Below, piece after piece: positions 61,789 through 64,000 of a DNA stretch of 64,000 nucleotides. The notes below the pieces were generated by a model. That model was not told where the DNA came from. It saw only the letters and a program-made list of their open reading frames with translations, and made no database searches. The position numbers and the translations under genes are program-made. Origin of the DNA: Bacteroidota bacterium (GTDB taxonomy: Bacteria; Bacteroidota; Ignavibacteria; UBA10030; UBA6906); contig JBFLYO010000007.1 in NCBI GenBank assembly GCA_040756745.1, positions 47,621 through 111,620 of the forward strand, written 5' to 3'. Position 1 is the stretch's first letter, and each line of letters opens with the position of its first letter.

Positions 61789-62019
61789 TCACCTCTCCCG
61801 GGGGGGTCCGCCCTCCGCCCCCACCCGCCGCTGTTGACGGTCCTGGCGCGCGAGGATCAGCCGAAGCGTCACACGAATCAGGAAGAGTGCCGCGGCGACG
61901 AGAAACAGAGGCAAGGTCATCGACCGGGGGACTGCCCCCGCCCAGAGGAGCACGAGCATCACGGCCATAAGCACGATGGCCACAACGCCGTAGCGATCGA
62001 CAGACTTCTGGGTGAGCAT
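61789..62019 (-). CDS. possible 76-aa two-TM protein
   Basis: Track ORF with two clear hydrophobic helices. No family and no strong RBS checked. Confidence 0.3.
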   Translation of the reverse strand: MLTQKSVDRYGVVAIVLMAVMLVLLWAGAVPRSMTLPLFLVAAALFLIRVTLRLILARQDRQQRRVGAEGGPPRER

Positions 62020-62090
62020 GGATCTCCGCAGGTTGTTGCAATCAATATAGCGATGGCGAGGCCGAAGAGCAACCTCCGCCCGCGCGGACC

Positions 62091-64000
62091 TCAGGGCGCG
62101 GGACGCGCAAATTCATGGCCGAGGAGGTCATAGATCTCCTCTGCCGTCGTTGCATGCCTCACATGATCCAGGACCCCCGGGGTCTGCAACGTCCGCGCCA
62201 GCAATGAAAGGGTCTGGAGGTAGAGCTGATCGTCGCCCGCAGCAGCGATCATGAAGACGAGATCGACCTGCGACCCGTCGAGTGTCTCATACGCGATGGG
62301 TTGAGCAAGCCGCGCCGCTATGATGACCATTCTACCCGCCGACCCCGATCGTGCATGCGGCAAAGCCACCCCGTGCTGTAGTCCGGTCGGCGCCGATTCT
62401 TCCCGCTCCCAGAGGTCTGCCAGGAATGATGCCCTGTTGCGGACATAACCCTTCCGATAGGCGCGGTCGACCATCTTCTCGAACAGCTCCCGCTTCGTCC
62501 TGGCCTTCACCGCCGTCATGATCAGCTCGGGTTTGAGGAATTCCCCCAGGTGCATGCTCGCCGTCTCCCCGCTGGCCCACCGCACCGCATACTGCAGCGC
62601 ATGGGGAAGGTCGACCGCAAAATTCCCGACGCCGATTTTGGCCGTAATTCCCAGCCGGTGGAGAACCGCGCGGACCTCCTTTCGCATCCCTGCAAAGATG
62701 ATCTTCTTTTTGTCCTTGTTGAGACGGTCGACGATGTCCTCGATGGCAAGCGCGCCGGTCGTGTCGATCACCGGCACGCTCTCCATATTGATGACAATGA
62801 CTTTGTAGTCGAATTCCTCTTCGATCTCCTTCACGAAATTCTTGGCTGCGCCAAAGAAGAGGGGCCCTTCGATGTCATACGCCACGATCCGGTGCGCTCG
62901 GAGTTTCGCCTCCTCGTCCTCCGGGATCCGTATGCGATGCGTCTCCTCCAGAAGATTCGTCACTCCCAGCTCGCTCATCCGGTACACGAACAAGAACCCC
63001 GCCAGCGCGAACCCGACGAGCACGGCAGTAATCAGGTCGGAGATGACGGTGATGGCCATCGTCGCAACCATGACCACGGCGTCCGGGGCCGGCGTCTTCG
63101 GAAGCAGCTTGAGGGGTTCCCACTCAAACATGCCCACAGCGGTCATCATCAGCACGCCGGCCAGCACGACAAGCGGGATGGCACCCACCAGAGGAGCGAG
63201 CACGAGCATGACGGCCAGCAGGACGACGCCGTGAAACATGCCGGAGATCTTCGTAACGCCACCGGCCCGGATATTCACATTTGTCCGGACGATCGCGCCC
63301 GTGCCTGCGATGCCGCCGAAGAGCCCGGCAGTGAAGTTCGCCAGCCCCTGCCCCATGAGCTCCCTGTTGCTGTTGTGCCTGTCCCCCGTCAGGCTGTCCG
63401 CAACCACCGAAGCGAGGAGGGTTTCCAGCGCTCCGAGCAACGAGATCGTTAGACCCGCCGGAAACAATCGGGACCAGGTCCCCCACTCCATTGCAGGAAG
63501 CCGTGGGAACGCGAACGACTGAGGGATCTCTCCGATCAGGTCGAGGGCAGGACGCACGGCGAACGTCCCCGCAGCGGGCTCGAACGCTGCACGCAACCAG
63601 TCCCAACCTCCCGCAAGAAACGTAGCGGCAAGCGTTCCCACGATCAGGCCGAGGAGAGCCCGGGGGAGTCCCCGGTGGATAAATGGCGCTGCGACGATCG
63701 TGGCCACGGTGATCAGGCCGACAACGGGTGCTCCGAGAAAAAGGTGGACCTGCTGTGAGAAAATCAGGATCGCGATGCCGTTGGTGAAACCGACGATGAC
63801 AGGGTACGGAATGAACGATATGAAACGGCCGGCCTTGATCAGTCCGTAGCCGATCTGGAGAAGACCGGCGATGAGACAGGCACCGAGGAGTGCATCGGCG
63901 CCGCCGTACTGCATGTAGACAGTTGTCAGGATCACCGTCATGCCCCCTGTCGGCCCCGTGATCTGCCGCGGTGTTCCGCCAAACAGTGGGGCGAGGATTC
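62091..64000 (-). CDS. SulP-family anion transporter fused to STAS and PTS-EIIA(Ntr/Fru)-type domains (N-terminus beyond right edge)
   Basis: The reading frame stays open upstream of the track Met to 64000 (..ILAPLFGGTPRQITGPTGG-MTVIL..). SulP TM core, then STAS (..IVAYDIEGPLFFGAAKNF..VIDTTGALAIEDI..), then EIIA-2 with ..LQHGVALPHARS.. Confidence 0.8.
   Translation of the reverse strand, partial: ILAPLFGGTPRQITGPTGGMTVILTTVYMQYGGADALLGACLIAGLLQIGYGLIKAGRFISFIPYPVIVGFTNGIAILIFSQQVHLFLGAPVVGLITVATIVAAPFIHRGLPRALLGLIVGTLAATFLAGGWDWLRAAFEPAAGTFAVRPALDLIGEIPQSFAFPRLPAMEWGTWSRLFPAGLTISLLGALETLLASVVADSLTGDRHNSNRELMGQGLANFTAGLFGGIAGTGAIVRTNVNIRAGGVTKISGMFHGVVLLAVMLVLAPLVGAIPLVVLAGVLMMTAVGMFEWEPLKLLPKTPAPDAVVMVATMAITVISDLITAVLVGFALAGFLFVYRMSELGVTNLLEETHRIRIPEDEEAKLRAHRIVAYDIEGPLFFGAAKNFVKEIEEEFDYKVIVINMESVPVIDTTGALAIEDIVDRLNKDKKKIIFAGMRKEVRAVLHRLGITAKIGVGNFAVDLPHALQYAVRWASGETASMHLGEFLKPELIMTAVKARTKRELFEKMVDRAYRKGYVRNRASFLADLWEREESAPTGLQHGVALPHARSGSAGRMVIIAARLAQPIAYETLDGSQVDLVFMIAAAGDDQLYLQTLSLLARTLQTPGVLDHVRHATTAEEIYDLLGHEFARPAP

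Overview
High-GC, gene-dense bacterial chromosomal segment (roughly 60-65% G+C by eye). Up to about 50.4 kb almost every credible gene is on the minus strand; after that most are on the plus strand. Most content is housekeeping: rpsA, cmk, ispH, relA/spoT, der, truA, miaA, folP, upp, tRNA-Pro. There is also one very large Fe-S biogenesis operon (Rrf2 regulator, iscS-like, unknown gene, sufBCDS, sufU, sufT, sufA-like, Tat-SOD, iscX-like). A T9SS C-terminal sorting domain, bshA and the intergenic repeat style suggest an FCB-group organism (Ignavibacteria/Chlorobi/Bacteroidota-like); this is inference only. Main points of interest: (1) An orphan duplicate of an internal comM segment lies 5.1 kb from the intact comM. 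The two copies bracket an AT-richer block carrying a heavy-metal-type two-component system, a T9SS-tagged multihaem cytochrome and a four-helix-bundle (23S-IVS/Avd-like) gene, with no integrase. (2) Several nested repeat families occur: a 125-170 nt palindromic A/C-rich element in inverted copies on both sides of comM, a perfect 50-nt hairpin repeat in inverted copies 20 kb apart with an apparent empty target site, and degenerate heptanucleotide tandem tracts in short spacers. (3) A three-gene minor-pilin-like cluster next to tRNA-Pro has no pilus machinery, and one member has a leaderless pilin-like N-terminus. (4) A seven-gene translationally coupled ABC cluster has four unassignable membrane proteins. 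(5) Coherent regulatory modules are readable from sequence: kinase plus sigma-54 activator, then UAS and -24/-12 promoter, then efflux operon; back-to-back identical ECF promoters; an IscR-type operator. Many long ORFs in the track are antisense artefacts of high GC and were rejected. Coordinates of non-CDS features were indexed by hand and may be off by 1-2 nt.
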